Assembly: GCA_963924565.1 (NCBI GenBank)
Contig: OZ004608.1
Location: forward strand, 33,852,001-33,916,000
DNA from: Ascidiella aspersa
Taxonomy: Eukaryota
DNA length: 64,000 nt
Direction: 5' to 3'
The notes below the pieces were generated by a model, which was given only the letters and a program-made list of their open reading frames with translations, searched no databases and had not been told where the DNA came from. Below, one piece after another: positions 48,501 to 55,564 of the stretch; position 1 is the stretch's first letter; each line of letters opens with the position of its first letter. A program made the position numbers and the translations under genes.

Positions 48501-51122
48501 CGAAGCGCGAAAAAATTGCGTACTTGACAAAACAGAAGACTGCATTCATAAGCGTAGAATGTTTTCAACTATAGATATATTTGGCGAGAATTGCACGATG
48601 GAAAGGTCCAGGGCATTAACCTTTAGTCACAGTGAAATCCTGTAAAACAATACTTTACCGAAGCGCTATATATTTTATCGTTTATGTACTTTAAAGTGGT
48701 CAAAATAGTAATTTATATATAGGGTCGTACTTTTTATGTTATGTTTACTGGCACATTAAAAAGACGTAAAACAAAGCGCAAATGTAACCTACAAGTTCGC
48801 AAAACAGCCATTTTAAAAAGTTCTATATAGAACGTACTGCGACTTTCAAACAGCTCTAACACATACCAAAATTAGGCGTTCTTGGCACCCCTGGATTAAA
48901 ACTTGATGGGTGATAGTAAACCGGTTAATTTATTTAATAATGTAACTAGGCCTGTAACCAACCAATTGCAATATTTTTTTGATTAAACCCCCAACTTTAC
49001 GTATTACAATAATTCAGCAGACGGGCCACGAAAAATGATGTCGCGGGCATCATGTGGCCCGCGGGCCTGGGTTTGGACCACCCTGTTCTAGATCCGTTTA
49101 TTGCGGCCTTATAGTAAATTACTGAATAAAAATTCTAGTAAGAGTACCTCAACCTATTTATTATTAGAAGTGTTGCCGCGAGCCACTAAAGGCTAGGAAC
49201 CAGTGCCGTTAGTAATGAGTGAAACGTTGTTATTTTTCATCCCAATAATTGTGATCTAAAACACTTCTGTGTTATACATCCTGGATATACATGGAGTGAC
49301 CCATTTTGAGAACATTACCTGACTTACAATAATGATCTATCATTAGCTTGAATCATAGTTTAAACATTATCATAAACATGAAATATAAGTATCCCGAAAT
49401 TATTTAATCAAACAATGATAGCAATATTATAGGTAATCATTTTACAAATTTTTAATGATAAAATTATAAGATTACGAAATTTTTTGCATATATAACGTTA
49501 GGATTACAAAATATTACGATCGCAAAATAATTACACCACACATTTATGCGACCAAGTATCACGGAAATATCAAATCGACGTAAGATTACGCAAGAGAAAC
49601 ATCACAAAACAATAACACCATGTAATAATACGAACGTTTTATAAGACGATTTTAAAATGATGCGTCATCATAGAAACGGAATGACATAAAAATGTGTAAC
49701 CTCGCTTTTCATCGTTTGCTTTGATTTGTTCAGGCCCGCATTGAGGTCCAGGGTGCCAAGAACGAGTTCGAAGTGGTCGATTACTTCAAAAAGGAACTGA
49801 TCACCTTCTGCTACAGTTTTATGCCGAAGTGGCTTGGAAATGCTATTGGTGAGTTGACGCGAACCTGGTCAGTAAAACGTTAATGCAATCAATGTTGGGA
49901 CAAGCGCTCGGTCTAGTGCAGGGTTTTTTCAAACTTATTTTGACGCAGTACTCCTTAATTTTTTTTTTTTGGGGGGGGGGGCTTCACATGAACCCGGCAT
50001 ACATTTTTTAGAGATGACGGCATAATATCAGTAGACTTTAGAAACCGAATGTTTTCGGTCCTAAAAAAGTGAAACTATGATTTAAGGAGAAAGGCGGCAA
50101 ATCGTTTTTGTATTAAACTCTATTTTTCAATATACACCAAGATTTCAATTAGGCTTTTATGGACCAGTTTCCTACTACGTATTATCCCCTAAAGACGGCT
50201 CTGTCTTTGCCCCGGTTAAAAAACCCTGCCTGAGATTGGTGGCCCACTTGGGAACTGCTTGAGAGGAAGTAATCGAAGTCAGGGGTCACCGAAGTACGGC
50301 GCGTGGGCCACATCCGGCCCGCCGAGTTAATATAAGTATATATTTCTGATTTTGTAATTCTAGCAAAATTGGTCAACGATATAAACCAGGCGATACTTTT
50401 GACAGATGCATATCATTTTGTGTTGCCCTCCACTTCATTTGGCCATTTGTTATACCACACCATAAAACTTAATATCCGCATTGATACTTTGATCTGTCAA
50501 AAAAAATTGTATAAACACCCGACAGAAAAAAATAAGTCCAGCCCCCTCTCCACAATTTTCCTTTAACCAGGGATTCCTAAACTGGGATTCAACTCACGTG
50601 CAGAACTATTTTTAGGGGTTCATGAAGGCCCTCTTAACTTCTTGGCGTTAAAACTGAAATTATTTTTTTGAAAGAAAATAATTTAATTGAAACACACGCT
50701 TTGATGGCGCTTTCTCCTTACACTGCATTTCAGTTTTCATTTGTCGGACTGAAAATAGCAGATTTCATAAGTCTGCTTTTTTTTTTGTATGACGTTACCT
50801 CAAAAAATCCCATGTCGACCTTGGTCAACACGAACCGAAACTGTTTAGGGTGACCACGTTGCAAAATACCACCTGCCCAAAAGGGGTAATATATCAATAT
50901 GTAATGTGTACTGATCGTTCAGCGTCTCGCCCAGCCTTCCAGCAAGACGAACAAGCCGCCGACTCACCGATGGAAATGCTGGAGAAGCGAATCGACCAAC
51001 TTATGTCTTACGTCTCCACGTTGGAGCTCGAGTATTACGCCCAAGTGTCGATAGACGAGCTTCAAGCTGAACTGGAAGAGACGGAATTGGAAGAAAGTCG
51101 TTGCAAGAGCAATACCCTATAG
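430..51122 (+). CDS. Polycystin-1/REJ family (PKD1/PKD1L2-like) multi-pass receptor-channel gene; 51 exons in window, 5' end outside window
   Basis: Spliced frame is open across 51 exons with matching phases (sum 10734 nt). Motifs: WSC (MLGC...CTKLC...AAALDGSQCIC), PKD repeats (WNYGDG, WNFGD, VDFGDG), REJ (NLPPYGGSC, FTISCPDW), GPS (CRFW...W...GC...CLCTHLTSF), PLAT (IWHDNSG, WFL, FMCDDWL), HLWFS/FTRVQRLSC, TOP domain (YDGGGY, WIDRQT, VYNANINLF), S6 (LINMFIVIL). Confidence 0.93.
1616..3203 (+). CDS. Polycystin-like exon 2 (WSC + PKD domains)
   Basis: ttcag| and aag|gtacag; part of the 561-aa ORF; WSC cysteines, FGDG/YGDG PKD motifs. Confidence 0.9.
4223..4519 (+). CDS. Polycystin-like exon 3 (PKD)
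   Basis: acag|/cg|gtatgt; GPYQIYVEASN, VDFGDG. Confidence 0.88.
5091..5219 (+). CDS. Polycystin-like exon 4 (PKD)
   Basis: gcag|/ag|gtgaat; YDAIGFHNISLWLRNNVS. Confidence 0.85.
5637..6115 (+). CDS. Polycystin-like exon 5 (PKD)
   Basis: acag|/g|gtaag; YKVDFGDG, HSYQHPGTY. Confidence 0.88.
6393..6764. mobile_element. hAT (Ac-like) MITE
   Basis: TIR tagagatcgaccgatat / atatcgatcagtctcta; subterminal accgat repeats; degraded TSD. Confidence 0.7.
6815..7166 (+). CDS. Polycystin-like exon 6 (PKD), GC donor
   Basis: gcag|/ag|gcaagt; YSVDFGD...FTHSYR. Confidence 0.85.
8196..8405 (+). CDS. Polycystin-like exon 7
   Basis: tatag|/aa|gtgggt; FAGVFSIMVNVSNPIS. Confidence 0.82.
8937..9143 (+). CDS. 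Polycystin-like exon 8
   Basis: tttcag|/gg|gtacga; ATGTNVTTLWRF. Confidence 0.82.
9518..9800 (+). CDS. Polycystin-like exon 9
   Basis: tgcag|/cag|gtgagt; FARSGIKSLNVLLSNGVT. Confidence 0.85.
10329..10417 (+). mobile_element. tRNA-derived SINE fragment
   Basis: Leader tggttgtttctcgactcgc followed by gcctgtgtagc...ggtagagcgacggtcccggtatgac. Confidence 0.75.
10674..10925 (+). CDS. Polycystin-like exon 10
   Basis: tttcag|/aag|gtatgt; IGSDSCFQIQPGD...YTYIESGLRK. Confidence 0.85.
11401..11646 (+). repeat. About 52-bp tandem repeat of a 3' splice-site region
   Basis: About 4.5 copies of tt(t/c)acaaa..ttaacgtg..ctaattcaatgtcttcagattgaagtgatcg. Confidence 0.8.
11634..11910 (+). CDS. Polycystin-like exon 11 (PKD end / REJ start)
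   Basis: cttcag|/g|gtcctt (weak donor); IEVIGFNAIS...LCDYP. Confidence 0.8.
11942..12263. mobile_element. hAT MITE
   Basis: TIR cagtgcttctcaac; TSD ctctaaac/ctctaaat. Confidence 0.85.
12915..13391. mobile_element. hAT MITE with AAGTC internal repeats
   Basis: TIR cagtgttgtaa / ttacaaaactg; TSD cctcctac/cctcttac; inverted partial copy at about 12440-12694. Confidence 0.78.
13424..13870 (+). CDS. Polycystin-like exon 12 (REJ)
   Basis: acag|/g|gttagt; PLVAAVEYG...DAESASYDPD...YLWSC. Confidence 0.88.
14093..14195 (+). CDS. Polycystin-like exon 13 (SUEL-like N-half)
   Basis: gactaac branch point, atag|/at|gtaaga; needed to restore phase; IFCNLIELECHNSY. Confidence 0.72.
14277..14408 (+). mobile_element. 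tRNA-derived SINE (monomer + hairpin + tail)
   Basis: A box tagctcagttgg, B box gttcgaacc, 3' caggctag-ttgttttt-ctagcctg. Confidence 0.82.
14569..14738 (+). CDS. Polycystin-like exon 14 (SUEL-like C-half)
   Basis: cttag|/g|gttcgt; LQDHCGDTRHCVVSV...CANVTYRC. Confidence 0.75.
15109..15248 (+). CDS. Polycystin-like exon 15
   Basis: tttag|/cag|gtgacg; YYESNHRCL...QRCNSL...SCGFLQ. Confidence 0.75.
15747..15877 (+). CDS. Polycystin-like exon 16 (REJ)
   Basis: ttttag|/ag|gttagt; MDTNLLQLG...VTLGEPPKL. Confidence 0.82.
16431..16654 (+). CDS. Polycystin-like exon 17 (REJ)
   Basis: cgcag|/g|gtaagg; INCRFNC...YTWTL...RKRR. Confidence 0.85.
17439..17609 (+). CDS. Polycystin-like exon 18 (REJ)
   Basis: ttcag|/g|gtaaca; NLPPYGGSCQADPTEG. 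Confidence 0.88.
17863..18005 (-). mobile_element. tRNA-derived SINE, degraded
   Basis: Reverse complement of same family; (gcctg)n tail. Confidence 0.7.
18594..19278. mobile_element. hAT MITE nested in a truncated MITE starting at 18303
   Basis: TIR cagtggttcccaaac / gtttgggaatcactg; perfect TSD ctttatac. Confidence 0.88.
19421..19533 (+). CDS. Polycystin-like exon 19 (REJ)
   Basis: ctcag|/caa|gtatgg; FTISCPDWMDEG. Confidence 0.85.
19813..19922 (+). CDS. Polycystin-like exon 20 (REJ)
   Basis: tttgag| (GAG acceptor)/ca|gtgagt; LPPGLPENDY. Confidence 0.78.
20377..20458 (+). CDS. Polycystin-like exon 21 (REJ)
   Basis: ctttag|/acg|gtaagg; LQVRILDEYG. Confidence 0.85.
20662..20860. mobile_element. 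Palindromic MITE-like element (related copy about 23280-23420)
   Basis: Long inverted arms acaattc...aggtggcact / agtgccac...gaattgt; inner aagctttcgcacaaccgtgctt / aagcacggttatgcgaaagctt. Confidence 0.65.
20920..21030 (+). CDS. Polycystin-like exon 22
   Basis: gctaac branch point, ttttag|/ccg|gtttgt; MTVASLLN. Confidence 0.8.
21326..21464 (+). CDS. Polycystin-like exon 23
   Basis: tgcag|/g|gtaatg; KKERASIRTSLV. Confidence 0.82.
21971..22088 (+). CDS. Polycystin-like exon 24
   Basis: acag|/ag|gtgata; VQQSARAISGLT. Confidence 0.82.
22919..23213 (+). CDS. Polycystin-like exon 25
   Basis: tgcag|/cag|gttggt; GIDNVMKAS plus charged helix. Confidence 0.82.
23645..23825 (+). CDS. Polycystin-like exon 26 (GAIN)
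   Basis: aaag|/g|gtttgt; LLQNKVIGEP. Confidence 0.82.
24123..24205 (+). CDS. Polycystin-like exon 27
   Basis: tttag|/gag|gtaatt; DDVDAE. Confidence 0.78.
24674..24798 (+). CDS. Polycystin-like exon 28 (GAIN)
   Basis: actag|/aa|gtaagc; NPYVWDESA...VVSLTF. Confidence 0.86.
25532..25712. mobile_element. PIF/Harbinger (Tourist-like) MITE
   Basis: TIR aggcccgtttacactacagctgcac; 3-bp TSD tta. Confidence 0.85.
26097..26303 (+). CDS. Polycystin-like exon 29 (GAIN)
   Basis: cccag|/aa|gtagga; MSYHEF...RVYF. Confidence 0.83.
26500..26768 (+). mobile_element. tRNA-derived SINE, tandem dimer
   Basis: tRNA-like units 26530-26603 and 26669-26743 joined by a 64-nt spacer. Confidence 0.85.
27539..28225 (+). 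CDS. GNAT N-acetyltransferase, insect-type arylalkylamine (AANAT/Dat-like), nested in a polycystin intron
   Basis: 228-aa uninterrupted ORF; acetyl-CoA motif A CVKAEYRALGLF; AGSLYTQK; C-terminal EVKYADYVD..G....L..IH....VYK as in iAANATs; AATAAA at 28523; possible 5'UTR intron about 27236-27527. Confidence 0.85.
   Translation: MGEIILNKGVEILPGFFSRLLNETDLPKVNELVKKNYSYQHPGRLIFKVTKEDIGNFDIVAVRENLKCNASLGTFAKQTGELVAVETCTVNDLKEGDGYYSHAASERNAAEIRFVKSVLGDVYSDLTTRRYMYCTIACVKAEYRALGLFSALEDLRMDLARLRNCEYFVSVAGSLYTQKYAKSAGYSVMREVKYADYVDPKTGLKPDLQLSSIHTSCQMVYKKVPLLV
29213..29358 (+). CDS. Polycystin-like exon 30 (GAIN)
   Basis: ttacag|/g|gtaaat; FPSIGNNTF...YVFGI. Confidence 0.82.
29313..29645 (+). repeat. 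About 185-bp tandem duplication of exon-30 3' end plus donor
   Basis: acatttcaccaagcagtcgatatgtgtttgggatacatcagatcggtaaatac occurs twice. Confidence 0.9.
30009..30125 (+). CDS. Polycystin-like exon 31 (GPS N-half)
   Basis: ttttag|/g|gtagat; SCRFWNETTEKWETAG. Confidence 0.9.
30468..30598 (+). CDS. Polycystin-like exon 32 (GPS cleavage site)
   Basis: ttttag|/cag|gtttct; CLCTHLTSFGAGFLVAPNPIDF. Confidence 0.92.
30664..30771 (+). CDS. Polycystin-like exon 33 (TM1)
   Basis: 65-nt intron before it; NLAVLLTLVFLLLIYVVGIIACRRQD. Confidence 0.9.
31315..31485 (+). CDS. Polycystin-like exon 34 (PLAT)
   Basis: ccag|/acg|gtgagt; YQLTIKTGW...ADTKSRV. Confidence 0.9.
31775..32022 (-). mobile_element. tRNA-derived SINE, tandem dimer
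   Basis: Same unit-spacer-unit-hairpin-tail layout on the minus strand. Confidence 0.85.
32340..32500 (+). CDS. Polycystin-like exon 35 (PLAT)
   Basis: ctag|/aa|gtgatt; IKIWHDNSG...SWFLDHI. Confidence 0.9.
32994..33261. mobile_element. hAT MITE
   Basis: TIR cagtgcttcttaa / ttaagaaacactg; perfect TSD atctagct; ttcaccc repeats. Confidence 0.82.
33294..33454 (+). CDS. Polycystin-like exon 36 (PLAT end)
   Basis: gcag|/c|gtaatc; FMCDDWLAV...DGHLWFS. Confidence 0.9.
33690..34019. mobile_element. Partial hAT MITE (related segment about 17150-17375)
   Basis: Right end gggtcgcaacccataggctgagaaaccctg resembles the 11942 family; internal similarity to the 17190-17375 segment. Confidence 0.55.
34455..34601 (+). 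CDS. Polycystin-like exon 37 (TM2)
   Basis: ccag|/g|gtaatc; FTRVQRLSC...AMFY. Confidence 0.9.
34946..35289. mobile_element. hAT MITE (same family as 37083)
   Basis: TIR cagtggttctc / gagaaccgctg; perfect TSD gactagac. Confidence 0.9.
35631..35716 (+). CDS. Polycystin-like exon 38 (TM3)
   Basis: ttcag|/cag|gtaatg; GPISFT...SLIVIPVNILLVQ. Confidence 0.88.
36182..36324 (+). CDS. Polycystin-like exon 39
   Basis: acag|/ag|gtttgc; LFRKIPP. Confidence 0.82.
36893..37070 (+). CDS. Polycystin-like exon 40 (TM4-5)
   Basis: atag|/aag|gtaggt; LPYWFIYVAW...WLLS...QPIK. Confidence 0.9.
37083..37410. mobile_element. hAT MITE (same family as 34946)
   Basis: TIR cagtggttctcaacc; perfect TSD gtctaatg. Confidence 0.9.
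37512..37986. mobile_element. hAT MITE
   Basis: TIR caagggtgtccaac / gttggacacccctt; TSD ttctaaat/atctaaat. Confidence 0.8.
38541..38703 (+). CDS. Polycystin-like exon 41
   Basis: gtcag|/g|gtaagg; VVFGAVVLS. Confidence 0.85.
39926..40152 (+). CDS. Polycystin-like exon 42 (S1)
   Basis: ctcag|/gag|gtctgt; MHDVATYLLYVIFLL. Confidence 0.88.
40586..40760 (+). CDS. Polycystin-like exon 43 (TOP)
   Basis: atag|/g|gtgaga; DFWSW...WYNG...IGPARIRQLR. Confidence 0.9.
41406..41565 (+). CDS. Polycystin-like exon 44 (TOP)
   Basis: ttcag|/at|gtaagg; CIEGY...EDSDFTEGW...PWSFQ. Confidence 0.88.
42072..42237 (+). CDS. Polycystin-like exon 45 (TOP)
   Basis: ccag|/acg|gttggt; YDGGGY...WIDRQTAAIFVEFT. Confidence 0.92.
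42645..42716 (+). pseudogene. Degenerate tRNA-Thr(CGT) / SINE head
   Basis: tagctcagtggtaga, ctggt-ctcgtaa-accag anticodon arm, gttcaaacc; acceptor stem does not pair. Confidence 0.7.
43582..43822. mobile_element. Mutator-like (MULE) MITE inside the Helitron
   Basis: About 40-bp TIR gggtaatactaatttacggaatgatgaatggtcggaa; 9-bp TSD tattatttt/tattctttt. Confidence 0.75.
45009..45197 (+). CDS. Polycystin-like exon 46 (TOP/S2)
   Basis: ccag|/agt|gtaagc; VYNANINLF. Confidence 0.92.
45754..45919 (+). CDS. Polycystin-like exon 47 (S3)
   Basis: ttcag|/g|gttgta; FFHCFWNWVDF. Confidence 0.9.
46920..47188 (+). CDS. Polycystin-like exon 48 (S4-S5)
   Basis: acag|/acc|gtaagt; FVNFQYIALW...IKFNQLLAFN. 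Confidence 0.92.
47725..47886 (+). CDS. Polycystin-like exon 49 (pore loop/S6)
   Basis: gcag|/gct|gtaagt; MLLGRFDF...LGPFFF...LINMFIVILDDS. Confidence 0.92.
48309..49085. mobile_element. hAT MITE
   Basis: TIR cagggtggtccaa / ttggaccaccctg; perfect TSD ttctagat. Confidence 0.9.
49734..49848 (+). CDS. Polycystin-like exon 50
   Basis: ttcag|/g|gtgagt; NEFEVVDYF. Confidence 0.87.
50923..51122 (+). CDS. Polycystin-like terminal exon (coiled coil, stop)
   Basis: ttcag|; MEMLEKRIDQLMSYV; TAG at 51120-51122. Confidence 0.78.
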
Positions 51123-51125
51123 ACC

Positions 51126-51493
51126 CAGGAGTTCTTAACCCTTTTTGGATCTTTTACCCTTTCAACAAAGATGAATATCAGATTTACCCCTAATATTTAA
51201 AGTGGTGCTCATTTAATAAAAAAACGAAAGTAACAAATTACATCAGTTATATTTAGTGCGACGGCTGCCCTTGATTTTTGGCAACGAGTTGTTCAATGTC
51301 TGGTAAAGTAGTAGGTAATGCACAACGAAGATCAGATTCAGGTCGATTTTGTGCTTAAGATTTTATAGTAAGCAATGCAGAAAAAACGCTTCGCATAGTT
51401 TAGTTGAAGAAACGGAACCAAACTATTCAGAGCTTGCATACCTTGGATTTACCCCCTAAAACAAGGAAATTTACCCCAGGTTAAGAAGGGCTG
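51126..51493. mobile_element. hAT MITE inserted at the polycystin stop codon
   Basis: caggagttcttaacc / ggttaagaagggctg; ctatagac flanks both sides (one extra c on the left). Confidence 0.72.
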
Positions 51494-51730
51494 CTATAGA
51501 CCCTGTGCAGTTCCACCCTCATGCACGTTAGCACTATAACACCGCCATTGCTGGGTGGGCATTTTGCTGATCTCGTTATGTTCACAACTCGACATTATAT
51601 ATTTTGTTGTTAAAATTCCCGTGCGAGAAAGTTTGAATAAGTACTACAATGGATAGTACTTAAAAAAATACCTTGGATAAAAAATACTGACCTTTGGCGC
51701 GATCAAGTGCTTGGCCAGGGGCTTCAGCAC

Positions 51731-52029
51731 TTTGCCGATGGCTGATTGTTCGAGACGGAGTTTGCCGAACGCGGATTGGTCGAGACGGAGTTTGCCGAAC
51801 GCGGATTGTTCGAGACGGAGTTTGCCGAACGCGGATTGGTCGAGACGGAGTTTGCCGAACGCGGATTGGTCGAGACGGAGTTTGCCGAACGCGGATTGTT
51901 CGAGACGGAGTTTGCCGAACGCGGATTGTTCGAGACGGAGTTTGCCGAACGCGGATTGGTCGAGACGGAATTTGCCGAACGCCGATTGGTCGAGACGGAC
52001 TTACCGATCGCTAATTAGTTGAGACGCAC
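51731..52029. repeat. 30-bp minisatellite, about 10 units
   Basis: (tttgccgaacgcggattg[g/t]tcgagacggag)n. Confidence 0.95.
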
Positions 52030-53782
52030 TTTCCACGCGGCGTCGTCCCAGAGCTATTTTCTTTATTCACAACATCAGAAGTTATTTTAGGATGGTGAAT
52101 ATGAGTATGTATAGGACACAAGACCTTTAATAGAAAACACGTTAATAACCACTGCTGTAGTTCCTTTATAATGTGTCAAAACTTTAGTAGCCTTCTATTA
52201 TTTGTCTACACCACTGGCTCTCAACATTTTTCGGCAGCGTGTCACCCAAGGCTGTTTTACCATCGCCACGTAGGCTATACCACCTTCTTTCTGGAGAAGA
52301 AAGATTGCCTAATTTAATTCTGTTTATTAAAAAAGTCCGAAAAAAAAAAAAAAAAAAAGCTTCTGTATAGGAGCTATATCCGGAGATGCTAGAGCAGGAA
52401 TGTCAGGTCCGTCTGATGTTTATGTGCAGCCCACCACTTATTCTCACTTTCAGTAGGCTTTATTTAAAACAATTGTTTTCACTATCATCAAAACGTGTAG
52501 AACTCGCAGTGTTTAATGTAGGCTAAATCTTATATACTTTAAGACTATAATCGAGTCTAATGTCGCATTTCAACATCCGTCAAACACGTTTGTGCATCAT
52601 TATTGCTAAGCAAGATTGGTGTTTTTCTAAATGTGTGTTTTGCAGGCCTTTTTAAGGAAATATATCAGCTCAAAGGTGTTGTACCATGACATGATACGGC
52701 ATGGCGATATTTACTTGAGTTCACTCTTAAAGAGCGGGTGTTTATAAGTTGGGTTTACACAAATAAAGTTCCAACAAATTTCTTATTACCGATATGGTTG
52801 TACCCAGTTAGTGTGTTTTTAGTTAGCTGCTGATCAATTGCCATTCAAAATTGGCTGAACTGGCAGCTTTAATTCGCTAAGTTTAATATTTATTGTTTAA
52901 ACAACACTCATTTAGTATTAGTCTCCCGGAAAACGACGTTCGCAATAGATTTGTAAACAAATTGCATAGTATACAAGAACTTTTAGTTGATTTTAAAATT
53001 GTCAATGTGTGTATCATTCGACTGGTTTCGCATAAGCCGTAGGCCACTGATGTTTAAAAGTCAGTCAAGCGAGATGAACTGAAGAAGAAATGTCGTTTGT
53101 CATTTTGTCGTCTTGTGGGCTTCCAGCGTCATTTTAAGACTCCAGTCAGTAAAGCACAAACTACTGTGATTTGAGGCGTTGCAATGTAAGTCCAATCGCT
53201 GTAGTTTTTCAAGTAAAGAGCGAGGTTCATTTTGTCAAGCTGAATAAAATTATGGTAAAGTGCGACTTAGCCTACTACCAGACCTAGCATTTTCTATCAC
53301 GACAAGACAGCTTAGTCATGTTGTTATTTACTCGCCGTTTGTACACACTGTTTAAAGAGAAAGTATAACAACTTAAAAACAATTACACTTGTAGTTAAGG
53401 AACAACGAGATTTTATATTGTAAATCGATTAATAGTGACAAAAGTATAAGCTATACGTTAATCTGCTGGGCCCGCATGGAGTTATGATAGAGTTTGACTT
53501 ACTGCCAGACCTAGCATTTTCTTTCACGACAAGACGGATTAGTCATGTTGCCCGCAACCGGCCGTCCGTACACACTTTTATGCATTATTTAACGTATAAA
53601 AAAGTACAAAAATTTATAGTTAAAAACTCACACTTGTATATAACCGGATGAAAATAATTACTGTTTTTTTTTTCTGTTTGCTGCAGCGATGTGAAGTAAC
53701 AAAACATGCCTGATTCAACGCAGGAAATAAAGTGCAACTTTAAGGTTTGACAAAGGCTTACTAGCTGGTCTGTTGGTTAAGT

Positions 53783-54472
53783 ATGGTAAAACCAAGTAAT
53801 GTTGCTCCCGATGTTGGTGTCCAAAATCACATTCATATAGGTACAGCAAACAATTGTTGGTTTCCGGCAAATGCCAAAGATGTGAATAATTTGGCCACCG
53901 ATAATGAAGTTCTACAGGATATCCTTGAACAATTGAGTGAGGTGTTTGGTCGTAAAGATAAAAATGGGAACAACAGGTTTTACAATCACGCCAAAGTTTG
54001 GCTTGAAAAAGAGTCGGCTCGCATGAGCAGTTCCAAGCCGCTTAAGGGTAAGAAAACCTAATTATTTGCAAAAAAGTAATTGTTTTGATTAAATATACTG
54101 TAATAGACAAGGTGGTTTTGGAAATGTGTCAATATAAAAATAACATTTTTACGCTTCGCGCTGTCGCAGTGAGTTATTTAGATGCTATCTAATTGTACAG
54201 ATCTGGCCTACCATTCTTTCTTGTCCCGTGTTTTAAAACTTAAAACTTTAATAAAACTATTGATTGTACTTATTTTTCTATTTATTTTAGTTTCTGTGCA
54301 ATGTGAGAGTGATATTACTGATGGCGCTTCGAAACCTCGTAAAAAGAATCGAGTTCCTTTCAAACGAACACGGATGGTATATTGCGCAAGCATAGTCAAA
54401 TTTCCAATGCATTTACATGAGTTAAGAATGGCTGCTATAGACCCTGTGCAGTTCCACCCTCATTCACGTTAG
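53783..54472 (+). CDS. Truncated/chimeric paralog of the 282-aa gene (join 53783-54047, 54291-54472); possibly a pseudogene
   Basis: Exon 1 peptide clearly homologous (PANAKDVNN, RKDKNGN, SSSKPLK); exon 2 homologous to about RMVY, then runs into the duplicated polycystin 3' segment. Confidence 0.55.
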
Positions 54473-55270
54473 CACTATAATACCGCCATTGCTGGGTGGG
54501 CGTTTTGTTGGGCTCGTTTATGTTCACAACTCGACATTATATATTTTGTTGTTAAAATTGCCGTGCGAGAAAATATTAAAATCGTTGGTCCTTAACTTTA
54601 TTCAAAACAAATACCTTGGATAAAAAATACTGACCTTTGGCGCCATCAAGTGCTTGGCCAAGGGCTTTAGCACTTTACCGATCGCTGATTGGTCGAGACG
54701 GCCTTACCGATCGCTGATTAGTCGAGACGCATCTTTGCCAGCCACACGGCGTCGTCCCAGAGCTCTGAATCTTGTGTATTTCGACTTTGTGTGTTTAAAC
54801 ACTGTTACTGCCGTTGTTAGGTTGCTTCACTGCCTTCCTGGACTCGTTACAGTATATTGCTTTTTGTTGGCATGAACAATGGAAAATTCTGGGAATAAGG
54901 TTGTCCTAACAGCATTTATATTTCTGATATTAGGCCACAACTTTTAAAAAATTTCATAGTCCATCAACGAGAAATATCCTAAACCCGCCCTTGAGTATGC
55001 AAAACTTTTCATTTAAAAACATCTAGTTGCACTACATTTGTAAGTACTTAGGCTATACCTATATGTCTAATTTACAAAATCAGAATTTATTTTGGTTTAG
55101 GATGATACTTATTTAATATCAGAGTATGCATATGGAGTTTGATAGAAAATACGTCAACAACCACTGCTGTAGATTCTTTGTGTTGGGTCAAAACTTTAGC
55201 ACTATTTGTTCCACTTGGACTCAACCCTACCGGCGGCGTGCCGCCCATAAGGGCGTTTTACTGTCGAAAC
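54420..55270 (+). repeat. Diverged direct duplicate of about 51480-52270 (polycystin 3' region)
   Basis: gttaagaa.ggctgctatagaccctgtgcagttccaccctca... shared; only 2 minisatellite units here. Confidence 0.85.
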
Positions 55271-55564
55271 GTTCAACTTGATTTTAAGAGAAAAGAGATC
55301 TACTTACGGAGCATAATGGTTGAAGAATATCAAAGCCCATACAGAAGTGCAGGTATCATTTTCAACGTTTCAAAAAACTCTTTATTCATTTTCAACATAG
55401 TCTAATGATTAAAGAGTTATTCGAAATGTTCAAAATAATAACTAAATATGTATGGGCTTTTAATTCTGATTAGATTTACTTATGTTTACTGAAACACAAG
55501 AAAAATTAATTCATATTCATTACAGCTAAAAATAATCAAAAAAAAAATTGATTGAAGCTATAGC

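Noticed and set aside
48057-48645. Short intronic ORFs here and most other 60-150 aa ORFs in the track
   Set aside because: They fall in MITEs, AT-rich introns or antisense to exons and have no recognisable motifs.
51694-52022. Three overlapping repetitive ORFs; possible CRISPR-like array
   Set aside because: These are a by-product of a stop-free 30-bp tandem repeat. There are no unique spacers, no cas genes, and the context is eukaryotic.
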